Positions 1 to 9,924 of a stretch of 64,000 nucleotides of DNA are shown here, in pieces. Made by a program: the position numbers and the translations under genes. Source of the DNA: an uncultured Verrucomicrobiae bacterium (lineage in GTDB: Bacteria > Verrucomicrobiota > Verrucomicrobiia > Chthoniobacterales > Chthoniobacteraceae); the NCBI GenBank assembly GCA_963828525.1, contig CAWHEP010000010.1, positions 192,001-256,000 of the forward strand, given 5' to 3'. Below the pieces are notes generated by a model, which did not search any database, was not told the origin of the DNA, and was given only the letters and a program-made list of their open reading frames with translations. Each line of letters opens with the position of its first letter. The stretch's first letter is position 1.

Positions 1-1438
1 AATTTGCGTCGCGCGACCCGTATCCAGGCCCAGCAGCAGCGACAACGACGCCCAATTATTCTTTGCCGTCTCGTCATTCGGATCGATCTCCAGCACCCTC
101 GTCCACACCCGGTAAAGCTGATGCGTATCGCCGCGCGCGGCGTAGCGCTCGGAGAGCGCCGATAGCGCGTCCCTCGGATTCTCAGCGCTTCCCGCGATCA
201 ACCACAGCAGATCCTCCGTTTCAGGACGCCAGCCCCATGACGTCGCGAGTTTCTCCAACACCGCCAGCCTTGCGGGAGCTTGCTCCGCGAGTTGGATGGC
301 CGCGCTCCACTCCGTGACCCCTTCTTCCGGCGCTCCTGTTTCGCGTTCCGCGCGCGCCAGGAAGGCATGGCGCATGAATTCCGAGCTTCCCCAAGCTCCG
401 GCCTTTGCCAGCGTCTTTAACTTTTTCCAGTCCAGCGCAAGGGTGTATGCCACCGCGAGCTCTGGCCCGGCTGGAGAGCCGTTTTTTATTGCGGGTTCCA
501 GGTCTTCGCCCCACTCCCCCGCAACCATCGCGAGCCCTTTCCCGTTCATCCAGGCCATCAACTCCGCCGCTTCCGCCCCTCTCCCCTTCGCCGAATTTTT
601 CAGCCTCCTCTAGGTAGCCAGTGAATCGACGGTCGTTCACCGTCTTCAGCGTATTTAAATAGAAGATCTTGTCCTGGATGGTCGCCTCAGGATCATGCGC
701 CCGTTCCTCGCTCAGCTTCAGCGCGGCATCGCGGTTGCCTCGCGCCACTGCCTCCACCGAAAGCACTCGCGCGGCTGGCAGCCGCAGCCCAGGCAATTCC
801 CCAAGCCGCTCAAGCTCGCTCTTTCCTTTGGCGTGCGCGCTCTCGTCCCGGGACGCGATTTCCATTGCCGCATAGTCAAACTGCCGCTGCGTGTTCCCGG
901 GATCCAGCCGCAACGCCTCCGCGAATTCCGTCATCGCCCTGTCCGGATGCCTCGTCATTGCAGCCAGCCGCCCGACTACCTCATGGTAACGCGCGTCGTT
1001 GCGATTTAGTTTACCCATCACCGACGCTGCTTCAGACGCCGCGCCCACATCGGTAAACTTCAGAGCGGCCGAGGCCCACGAATAGGCATTGGCGTACTCG
1101 TTCGGTCGCAGCTCATTCACGTGCCGCCACAGCGGCACAGCCTCCGGGGTTCCGATCTTGTCCGCGAGTTCCCCAAACGCGACGGCCGCTTCGTAGTTGG
1201 ACGGATGTACTGCCAGCACATGATGCAATGTCTCGGCAGCCGCCTTGTAATCTCCATGTGCCATCGAAGCGCGCGCGTCTTCCACCGCGTGACGCTGGTG
1301 CCACTGTGAATACACTCGCGGCAGCACCCAGCACGCTGGCGGCGCGATCACCGCCACTGCTATGCACACGCGGGTCAGAGTTCGCTTCAGCGTCCTCCGC
1401 TTTCGTATGATATCTCGTCGGCTTACACGTTCGGCCAT
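1..1438 (-). CDS. Membrane-anchored tetratricopeptide-repeat protein; frameshifted near 560 and running off the left edge of the window
   Basis: Basic N-terminus plus TM helix, then Ala/Leu-rich helical TPR-like repeats (e.g. AMTEFAEALRLDPGN). An alternative frame continues with RVLEIDPNDETAKNNWASL to position 1. Confidence 0.7.
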
Positions 1439-1601
1439 CGCAAGGAGCGAGAAAATTCAAACCCTCCCCCTTTGGCAAATCTATTCCTCGCTCCCAATGT
1501 TACGTTCACGTTTCAGCGAGCGAAGCCGCTGCCAGTGTGATCCGCGCCTTTACGTTTCGCCGCCCGTTCCCCTGAAGCGTCAAAATCCTGACAAACCCCC
1601 T

Positions 1602-3237
1602 CTAATGCCCCTCCCACTTCGCCGCTGTCAGATTATAGAACCACTTGGGATCCTTGGTATCTTTCTCATACCAGAGCCACGCGCCATCCGCGCTCCGGTA
1701 CATAAAAGAGTAAGCCGTCATGCTCGTCCACAACCATCCCATATCCTGGCTATCCATCCAGATGCTCGAAGCCGTGGAACCAGTCGGGATGTACAGCCAC
1801 CCCTGGTCTTGATGGTAAATCCAACCGGGAGGAACTCCATAGAAATATCCCATCACCCCCGATTCATTCCATCCGCCGCCCACCGGCACCGCGTCGGAGA
1901 TGATATCAGGCGAGGAAAGAATCACGATCCGATCGATCGCGCCTGTATTGTAGTTCGTCATTAGCACATCACCGTTCGACGGATCGATTCCAAACGCCGA
2001 AACACCGGGATCGCTCCCGATCATCGTGCTTACAGGAGCCGACGTGCCACTCCGCGTGAGCGTCCAGATATTCCCCACCGCGTAATCGCCGTAAATGTAT
2101 GTCCCTGGCAGCCCCGCAAAACGCGTCCCCCGGTAAACCACTCCACCGACCACGCAATCGCCCTGGTTCTTTTTGCTCCCGTGGGCATATTCAACGATTG
2201 GGTGGTTGTAAGTGAATCCCGCAGGCGGAGTGCGCGGCCCGGGATGATTCTGTTCATAAAATGACCATCCTCCGTTTGCGCCGCTCGTGAGCAGATACAC
2301 CCCTTCATAGGTATCCTGTCCCACGTTCCCGCACCAAAGTTCTCCTGTGCCGGGATCGATGGAAAACCTCCACGGGTTCCGCATGCCGACCGCCCAGAAC
2401 TCGGTTCGAAGATTCGCCTTTGCAACCGCTTCGCCATTGAAAGTCGTGGCTCCGACAAACGGGTTGTCCGCGGGCACTGAATACCGCGCCGCCGTTCCAT
2501 CAAGCATGACACCCGCGCCATGCTCTGGCGCAGCCGGATTCGGCGCGAGATTCCCCGCCTTCTTATCCACGTCGATCCTGATCAGTCCTGAAAAAAATCC
2601 CCCGTCTATATGCTGGGCGTTCCCAAGCGAATCGTTTTGCTGTCCTCCGTCCCCAAGCGAGGCGTACAAGTATCCATCCGCGCCAAAGTGCATCCCCCCC
2701 GTTATGATTCCCTTCCGGATGTTGCTGGGTCACGATCACGAACTCCGAAGCCGGGTCTGCCGCATTCGGGTTTGTTGCCTGCGCCTTGAAACGCGAGATG
2801 CGCCACTCCGCCGGACTCTTGCCCCCGTTCGGCAGCACAGCGTAGAATATGTAGAAATATCCGTTGGTTGAATAGGCCGGGTGGAAAGCAATCCCCAGCA
2901 ACCCTTGCTCGGATTGCGTGCTGAGAACCTCCGACCGCGAGGATAACAGCGCCGGAAGATCCAAAAACACTGATGGCGACACACTGGATGCCGTCACATC
3001 CGGGATCACCTTCAGCAATCCGGTCTTTTCGCAGATGAACAGCCGTTTCGTGTCTCCAGGGGGCGACGCGAGACACAGCGGCTGGCTTAACGGAGCAAGT
3101 GAAGGAAACGCGGCGCTGATCTTAAAGGTCGGCGCGGGCGCCGCTGCCTGCGCCAGCGCCATTATCCCCAAGCTGCACAGGATCCCCGCGAGCAATTGCG
3201 GCAAACGAACGCTTCTCAGGCAGGGATAGTTGCGCAT
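1602..3237 (-). CDS. Secreted PQQ-dependent glucose/sorbosone dehydrogenase-like beta-propeller with Trp/Tyr-rich C-terminal domain (frameshift ~2695)
   Basis: Signal peptide; EQGLLGIAFHP, NHNGG, FGADGYLYASLGDGG, GMRNPWRFSID motifs. ORFs 2563..3237 and 1602..2693 join at a C-run at ~2694-2700. Confidence 0.85.
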
Positions 3238-3348
3238 GGACAGTCTCCGGTTCGGGTATGCGCAAGCTTACCCCTGCGCGAAAGGGTTGCACCTACATTC
3301 GCGCTTCGCCCGATGTTCGGCTGGCGCGTCCTTCTACTTTTGCGCCCC

Positions 3349-3804
3349 TCAACTCATGCTGCTGTGCTGCTGCAGCCAGAGGCTCATCCTCGCCTCGCTC
3401 GTCTCCTTGAGGATCCATCCCACAGACCCGCCTGCCGCTGGGATTGGGCGCTTGTATCGCGAGATCCATTGCGGCTTCCCGAGCAGCCCATAGCGCGGAC
3501 GAAAGCTATACTCCGCCCCTTGTGCCATATAGTGACGATCCATCACTTGGCCGGCTATCGAGCTTACTATATTGGCCTCTTCCGCCGCCCGTTGTTCACC
3601 CTCCAGACTCGCCAAGCCCTGTAAACTCTCGTCCGGCACGTCCACGAGCAGTTCCGCCACCAACGGGGAATCACAACTCGCGGCATTTTTCATGGTTACC
3701 TCGATCAGAAAACTCCTCGATTGCATGTGCTTGCTCCCTTCAGGCGTCTGCAAGGACAGCCTGGCCGGCCCGTCGAGCAACTCCCCCCGAAATTGCTCAA
3801 TCAC
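3349..3804 (-). CDS. Hypothetical protein
   Basis: 151-aa ORF with globular-like composition filling the gap between two divergent genes; no motif recognised. Confidence 0.4.
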   Translation of the reverse strand: MIEQFRGELLDGPARLSLQTPEGSKHMQSRSFLIEVTMKNAASCDSPLVAELLVDVPDESLQGLASLEGEQRAAEEANIVSSIAGQVMDRHYMAQGAEYSFRPRYGLLGKPQWISRYKRPIPAAGGSVGWILKETSEARMSLWLQQHSSMS

Positions 3805-4113
3805 CCACCAGCCAGACTGTCCTTTTCAAAACCAATCAGACAGTTCGTGCCATTAGCAGAGCCCGTGCCACGGGCCTCCAGCCCCTTCTCTACCTAGGCA
3901 AATGCGCCTAGGCAAGTCGACGACTTCCCCAACGGCTGTCTGTTTTTGGGCAACCCTCTGGCTCTTTACACACACGCGGCCCCAATAACGCGCCAGCATG
4001 CGCATCCCTGAGCGCCGACGCCCCTTCCCCGCAGGGAGTTCCCGCATCCCCCCTCTTCCTTTTCCCATCCGAACGGTCGAACTCCGGCACGTACCCTGCT
4101 TATAAAAACTATA

Positions 4114-6178
4114 ATGAGCATACGTACTAGCATTTGCAGGGCAGCCTCACGTCTAGGCTTCCCCCGCGCTGCGCTCTTCACAGTCCTGCTGTTAACCCAG
4201 CTTCCTTCCGCCTTTGCCGACTTCGCGCAATCCTGGGCGTGGCGCAATCCAATGCCGCAGGGAAATCCTCTTCTCGACATCGCTTACGGGAACGCAACCT
4301 TTGTAGCCGTGGGGGACGCGGGCTGCATCGTGTCTTCTCCCAACGGAGTTTCATGGACGAGTAGAAATTCGCACACCTCGAGCCCCATCAACGGGATCGT
4401 CTGGGGCGGTGCCGCATTCGTGGCGGTCGGCGAGGCGGGCCTCATCCTCTCATCCCCGGATGGCGTTGCGTGGACAACCCGCTCCGCCGGAGTGGCGGCT
4501 TCATTAAATGCGGTATCCTATGCAAGCGGCCAGTTTGTCGCAGTCGGAGACTCAGGCGCAATCCTCACATCGCCGGATGGGATCACCTGGACGTCGCGCT
4601 CTTCCGGGTCCTGCCACCGATCTTTCCGCCATTGCAGCCAATAGCAGCGGCGCATTTGTCGCGGTCGGCGTCGCCGGAACCATCCTTACCTCGGCAAACG
4701 GCAGCTCGTGGACTGGCGTGTCATCGCCAACCACCAACGACCTCACGGCAGTGTCATCCTCGGGCGGAAGTTTCGTGGCTGTGGGAGTCATTGGCACCGC
4801 TCTCGCCTCTCCGGATGGCGTCACCTGGAATTTCGAGAAACCCAATACTTTCGATGATCTCTACGGCATCGCGAACGCCAAGGGCGCGTTCGTCGCGGTC
4901 GGTCTTCTCGGCGCGATTCAGACTTCGCCAGACGGTGTTACGTGGTCGGCGCAGAATTCAGGACTCACGTCAGCCCTCTACAGCATCGCCAGCAACGGGA
5001 ACACGTTCGTGGCTGTCGGCGATTGTGGCGCCCTCCTCACCTCTCCAGACGGAGTTTCATGGACACCGGCGGACGCTGGCGCTCTTGCCCAACTCTATGG
5101 AGCAGCGTCCAGCAGCACCCTCGTCGTAGCGGTGGGCGATGCCGGAACCATCCTCACTTCGCCGGATGGCGCGGGCTGGACTTGCAGGAACTCTGGAACC
5201 GTTGCCCCGCTTTACTCCGCGGCCTTTGGAAATGGGCAGTTTGTCGCCGCTGGCCAGGCAGGAACCCTTCTCACCTCACCCGACGGCTTTACCTGGACCA
5301 GCCGTAATTCGGGTACGACGGCCGACCTCCACTGCATTACTTTCGCCGCGAACCAGTTCGTCGCGGCGGGGAGCAACGGTGTGATTGTGACATCGGTTGA
5401 TGGGGTCACATGGGTAAGCAGGGCCTCCGGGTCATCGAGGGCTTTGTATGGCATCTCTTATGGGAACGGCCAGTTCGTCGCTGTAGGAGACTCAGGAACG
5501 GTGCTTGTCTCACAGAATGCTGTCGCCTGGATGCCGGAAGTTTCCGGAGTTGTCTCCACACTCCGCTCCGTCGCTTTTGGCAGCAGCGTATTTACTGCGG
5601 TCGGCGATTCTGGCGTTATCCTGACCTCGCCCACGGGCGCCCTCTGGACAGCTTCCCAGTCAGGAGTCACAACCTCTCTCTACGGAGTCGTATTCGGCGC
5701 GAATCAATTTGCCGCCACAGGAGCCTCTGGTGTCATTCTCACCTCCCAGAGCGGCCTGGCATGGTCCCCGCGCTCCTCGGGCGCTGTTTCTTCGCTCTAC
5801 GCTGTCGCCCCCGGAGCCAATTCACTCATCGCCCTCGGCGACTCGGGAGCCATTCTTCAATCCGGCGCATTCCCGATCTTCTCCGACTCTGTGCCTCTTT
5901 CCGGCGGGTGGAATTACTCGGCGGTCTTCGGCTACTACGCCTACAACGCCCCGGGATGGATCTACCACCAGCAGCACGGGCCGATGTATATCGATCCATC
6001 CTCCACCTCCTCCAATATCCTCATCTACACCACCGACATGGGCTGGCTCTGGACTTGCATGACGGCGTATCCCGATGTGTACCGCTTCTCCGACAAGGCG
6101 TGGCTCTGGTACGAGGAAGGCACTTCGAGTCCCCGCTGGTTCTACAACTACACCGGCGGCAAGTGGGAAAGCCACTAG
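4114..6178 (+). CDS. Secreted BNR/Asp-box (WD40/YVTN-like) repeat beta-propeller protein with Trp/Tyr-rich C-terminal domain (frameshift ~4610)
   Basis: Signal peptide, then ~13 repeats of ~40 aa (FVAVGxxGxILTSPDGxxW) across ORFs 4114..4644 and 4508..6178. Confidence 0.85.
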
Positions 6179-7233
6179 CTGGCGCTCACGCTCTCCGCGT
6201 CGGAAGGCCCCTCCATCACCCCCAACTGCTGCACCAGGTTGCCCGGCAGCGGACGCGCCCGCTCGTATACCCGCGGGCCGATCAGCGGGGACGTCTCATA
6301 ACCCGAGAAGATCATCTCCAGCTTGGCATCCAGGTTGTCTATATGGTGCAGCGCGTAAGCCTCCGGTGTCTTCGGATCCACAGGCGACCCAAACTCTTTC
6401 GCTCCATGATGGGCCGCGATGAGATGCAGCAAATGCAACCGCGCGTCCTCGGACTCGGGCTTCAGAGCAGGCCAGCTCTCAGCCTCCGGCCCTGCTTGGA
6501 CTTTCCGCCACAGATTGTTCACCAATTCGATTCCGATCGTGATGTGGCCGATCAACTCGCCCCACTCGTTAAATGGCATGATGAACCCCGTCTCCGTGTA
6601 CGCGTTCTCCCATAACTTGCCGCAGTCGTGAAATAAGACGCCCGCGATCAGCAGGTCGCGATTTAATCGCGGATACACCGCAGCAATCGCCTCCGCCGCC
6701 CTCATCATCTGCGCCGTATGCTCCACCAGCCCACCCCGTCGCGAGTGATGGTAGCTCCGAGCTGCGGCCGTCCGGCGGAATCGCTCTCCATGTTCCGCGA
6801 GAAACAGTTGTCCCACCAACCTCAGCCGCGGATCGCCCAACGCCGCAATGCGCTCGCTGATGAACTGGTAATCCGCGTCCTGTTTCTCCCGCAGAGGCGC
6901 TGGGCCTCTGAGCAGCGCCACTCGCTCCTCTTCCTCCAGACGACGGCACGCCCAACGTTTCGCCTCCACGCCATAGGGCGGGTTCATCGCGAACTCGCCT
7001 GTGATCTCGAGGAACGCGCCCCTTTCCAACTCGCCGCATTGTCCGAAATTGGGCGAATCACTCCACGCCCTCAAGGTCAGCTTGGCCTCCGCGTCCGTGA
7101 GCGTCAGTTCCCAGAAAGGCTTCTGATCACGCGTCTCCTTCTTCGCGATCACCTCCACCTGCCCATGCGCCGCAGCCTCCACTCTCCCGTCTTGCGCAAG
7201 CCGTTTCAGCTCCGCGATTGAGATTACTTCCAT
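6175..7233 (-). CDS. yhaM: OB-fold plus HD-domain 3'-5' exoribonuclease, YhaM/Cbf1 family
   Basis: N-terminal OB fold; AARSYHH..GGLVEHT, LFHDCGK, GHITIG, AHHG..EFGSP, HHIDNLDAK motifs. Start taken at MEVISIAELK. Confidence 0.85.
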   Translation of the reverse strand: MEVISIAELKRLAQDGRVEAAAHGQVEVIAKKETRDQKPFWELTLTDAEAKLTLRAWSDSPNFGQCGELERGAFLEITGEFAMNPPYGVEAKRWACRRLEEEERVALLRGPAPLREKQDADYQFISERIAALGDPRLRLVGQLFLAEHGERFRRTAAARSYHHSRRGGLVEHTAQMMRAAEAIAAVYPRLNRDLLIAGVLFHDCGKLWENAYTETGFIMPFNEWGELIGHITIGIELVNNLWRKVQAGPEAESWPALKPESEDARLHLLHLIAAHHGAKEFGSPVDPKTPEAYALHHIDNLDAKLEMIFSGYETSPLIGPRVYERARPLPGNLVQQLGVMEGPSDAESVSAS

Positions 7234-7238
7234 CCGGT

Positions 7239-7700
7239 TTACCAACCCCCGCGGGCTGAGATAAGGCACCACGCGTACGCCAGGATCAACGGCAGGACGA
7301 GGGGCGCTATGTGCCCCAGCAGAAGAGTCCAGACGTTCCCCTGCACCGCGGGCACTATGCTGTCGCCCGTATGCCCAAACTGCTTCCGAAACGACGCTCG
7401 CAGGGATTGCATAGCGATCACTCCGGCAAGGATTCCGCAGTAGATGAGCGCAGTAGTTGCAATCGCGATGATCGGGATGGCGTGCCAGATCAGCTTTAGT
7501 TGCCTGTCGAACTCCCCAATCCGGTTCTGGTCGGGCGCCAGCCCGTTCAACACGATCGCATACGCCGTAAACAGGAAGGACTGCGATGACACGAGCCATG
7601 ACAGCCGCTGCGCGATAAGGTCGTCCTCATGCACGATCTGGTTCCGTACTGCCTGGTAAAACTCCGCGTCGGTCAGCTTGATTGATTCGAGTGAGGCCAT
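7239..7700 (-). CDS. Small 3-TM membrane protein of unknown function
   Basis: HEDDLIAQRLSWLVSSQSFLFTAY followed by three hydrophobic segments; co-oriented with and 5 bp from yhaM. Confidence 0.65.
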   Translation of the reverse strand: MASLESIKLTDAEFYQAVRNQIVHEDDLIAQRLSWLVSSQSFLFTAYAIVLNGLAPDQNRIGEFDRQLKLIWHAIPIIAIATTALIYCGILAGVIAMQSLRASFRKQFGHTGDSIVPAVQGNVWTLLLGHIAPLVLPLILAYAWCLISARGGW

Positions 7701-7795
7701 CGGAACCAGATTCAGATACAAAAGCCGGGGCGCTTCCACAAGGCTAAACCCAACCGTGACAACCCCCGTTTCCGCGGCTAAAAATTCACCTCGCG

Positions 7796-8932
7796 ATGAT
7801 CGCCGCCGTCATTCCTCTCTATAATCATCGCGAATTCATTGCGGACGCGGTCAAGTCGGTGCTCTCGCAGACGCGGCGCGTGGATCGCGTCATTGTAGTT
7901 GACGACGGCTCGACTGACGGCTCTGCCGAAGTGGTTCGCCAGCTCTGCGACTCTCGCGTTGAACTCATCCAGCAGCAGAACCAGGGCGCCCATGCCACCA
8001 TCAATCGCGGCGTGCTTTTGGCTGATCCCGCCGACTACATCGCCATCCTGAACTCCGATGATCTTTTCCACCCCTCCCGCATCGAGCGCGCCGTCTCGCG
8101 TCTGGAGACCGATCCGCGCGCGGATGTTGTTTGCGCGAGGTTTAACATCATCGACTCCGAGGGGCGCGAACAAGACCCCGGCGTGAGGGCGCGGTGGGTT
8201 GATGGAGCCTGGTCTGATGAAGAAGCCAGCCTTCCCTGGTGGCTGGGCGTCGCAAACCTGGCCAAGACCACCAGCAACCTTGTCGGACGGCGCTCTTATT
8301 TCCTGTCGCATCCCTTTCAGGACTACCGCTTTGTTCACGACTACTTCTTCGTCATTCTTTGCGCCCTGGAACGCAAACTTGCCCTCCTTCCCGAAGAACT
8401 CCTCTCCTATCGGGTTCACTCGTCCAACACCATCAAGTCCTCGCCTCCTGAGAACGTCACGAAAGAGGTTCTCCTCATGAACGTGAACCTGTTGCGTCAC
8501 CTCGCGCCGGAACTTGCCCTCGATCCGGCGATGCGTCGCGACTGCGCTCTCTATCTCCGCTCTCTTATGGAGAACCACTCCGACTTCCGCTGCGAACTTT
8601 TTTTTAACCTCATTGCTACGTTGCTCCGCGACGCTCATCCCGATTGCATCACCTCGGCCCTCGCAAGTATGGCCTCCTTTCCGGAACTTAACACCCCTTC
8701 CCTCCGCTCGCCTTGGGAACGGAGAGCCGAAGCCGAGTACGCGCGTCTCCAGCAGCAATTACTCGCGTCCCGCTGGTTTGCCCTAGGCAGGGCTTTCGGT
8801 TTCACGCGCGACATCTCCTCCATGGAACCCTCCAACGCCCAGTCAAAACTGGCCCTGCTTAGAAAGCGCCTCATCAACTCGACATGGCTTAAGCTCGGAC
8901 GCAGGCTTGGCTTCGAACAGAAGCTCGGTTAA
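7796..8932 (+). CDS. Glycosyltransferase family 2
   Basis: VIPLYN, VVDDGSTD, NQGAHATINRG, LNSDD motifs. Confidence 0.9.
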   Translation: MIAAVIPLYNHREFIADAVKSVLSQTRRVDRVIVVDDGSTDGSAEVVRQLCDSRVELIQQQNQGAHATINRGVLLADPADYIAILNSDDLFHPSRIERAVSRLETDPRADVVCARFNIIDSEGREQDPGVRARWVDGAWSDEEASLPWWLGVANLAKTTSNLVGRRSYFLSHPFQDYRFVHDYFFVILCALERKLALLPEELLSYRVHSSNTIKSSPPENVTKEVLLMNVNLLRHLAPELALDPAMRRDCALYLRSLMENHSDFRCELFFNLIATLLRDAHPDCITSALASMASFPELNTPSLRSPWERRAEAEYARLQQQLLASRWFALGRAFGFTRDISSMEPSNAQSKLALLRKRLINSTWLKLGRRLGFEQKLG

Positions 8933-8947
8933 CGCTTCTCCCTGGGA

Positions 8948-9709
8948 ATGACTCCTCTCGAACAACGGATAAAATACAAGTTCCGGAACTCGTTGCTCCT
9001 GGCGGAGGCGCTCACGCACCCCAGCCTCGGTCACGAGACCCAGATGCATCACTTCGACAACCAGCGCCTCGAGTTCCTCGGCGATGCTGTCCTTCAACTG
9101 ATCTTCACAAACCATCTATTCGATCTTTTCCCCTCCTTTACAGAGGGCCAGCTCACCAAGCTTCGTTCACGACTCGTCTCGCGGGAGGGACTCCAGGTTC
9201 ATGCCATCGCCATAGGCATCGGCAGCCATCTCATGATGGGCAAAGGCGAGGAATCCAGCGGCGGACGCACCCGGCCCTCCACCCTCGCTGACGCGTTCGA
9301 AGCCCTCATTGGCGCGATGTATCTCGACAGCAACCTCGACACGGTCAAACGCTTCGTTCTCCAGGAAGCCAAATCCGACATCGAAGCTCTCCGGCTCGAA
9401 CCCCTGGACGTGAACCCGAAAGGGAGGCTCCAGGAAATACTACAGGCCATTTCCCCTCGCAGTCCCCAATACTCCATCCTTTCGCAAAGCGGCCCCGAAC
9501 ACCAAAAACACTTCATCGCGGAAGTCGCCTGGGACGGCAGGAAACTCGGCAGCGGCGAAGGCAAAAGCAAAAAGGAAGCTGAAACCGCCGCAGCCGTAGC
9601 CGCCTTGGAGCAGCACCTCTGGCCTGATACCCCGGAACTCCCCGGTGAGGCGTCGTCTCATTCAACTCCACCAACAACATCCTCACAACTCCCTAAGATC
9701 ATCCAATAA
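8948..9709 (+). CDS. rnc: Ribonuclease III
   Basis: Signature NQRLEFLGDAVL, ADAFEALIGA, and a C-terminal dsRBD (PKGRLQE...GKSKKEAE). Confidence 0.97.
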   Translation: MTPLEQRIKYKFRNSLLLAEALTHPSLGHETQMHHFDNQRLEFLGDAVLQLIFTNHLFDLFPSFTEGQLTKLRSRLVSREGLQVHAIAIGIGSHLMMGKGEESSGGRTRPSTLADAFEALIGAMYLDSNLDTVKRFVLQEAKSDIEALRLEPLDVNPKGRLQEILQAISPRSPQYSILSQSGPEHQKHFIAEVAWDGRKLGSGEGKSKKEAETAAAVAALEQHLWPDTPELPGEASSHSTPPTTSSQLPKIIQ

Positions 9710-9759
9710 CCCTCCGCTCAAGTCACCCCTCCTGAGAACCTCGTCCCTTTGCGCGCTCC

Positions 9760-9892
9760 TTGTTCACACGTTCGCCCGACTGTGGAACCCAGCACCATGG
9801 CTTGAGGAACCCTCCCAGGTCACTTTATCCACATCTATAATATGAATGATTGATGACGGTTCTTTTAAAGAATTCTTAAGAGATGTGAACAA
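9760..9892. promoter_or_regulatory. DnaA-box cluster with AT-rich tract and a TATAAT -10 hexamer
   Basis: TTATCCACA at 9825-9833, TTGTTCACA at 9760-9768, its reverse complement TGTGAACAA at 9884-9892, TATAAT at 9836-9841, AT-rich 9834-9883. Confidence 0.5.
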
Positions 9893-9924
9893 CAAGCTCC
9901 GCGGCAAGTAGCGAGTCATAAACA

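Noticed and set aside
4250..5860. ~120-bp periodicity as a DNA repeat array or DGR
   Set aside because: Explained by protein-level BNR propeller repeats with synonymous divergence; no reverse transcriptase is present.
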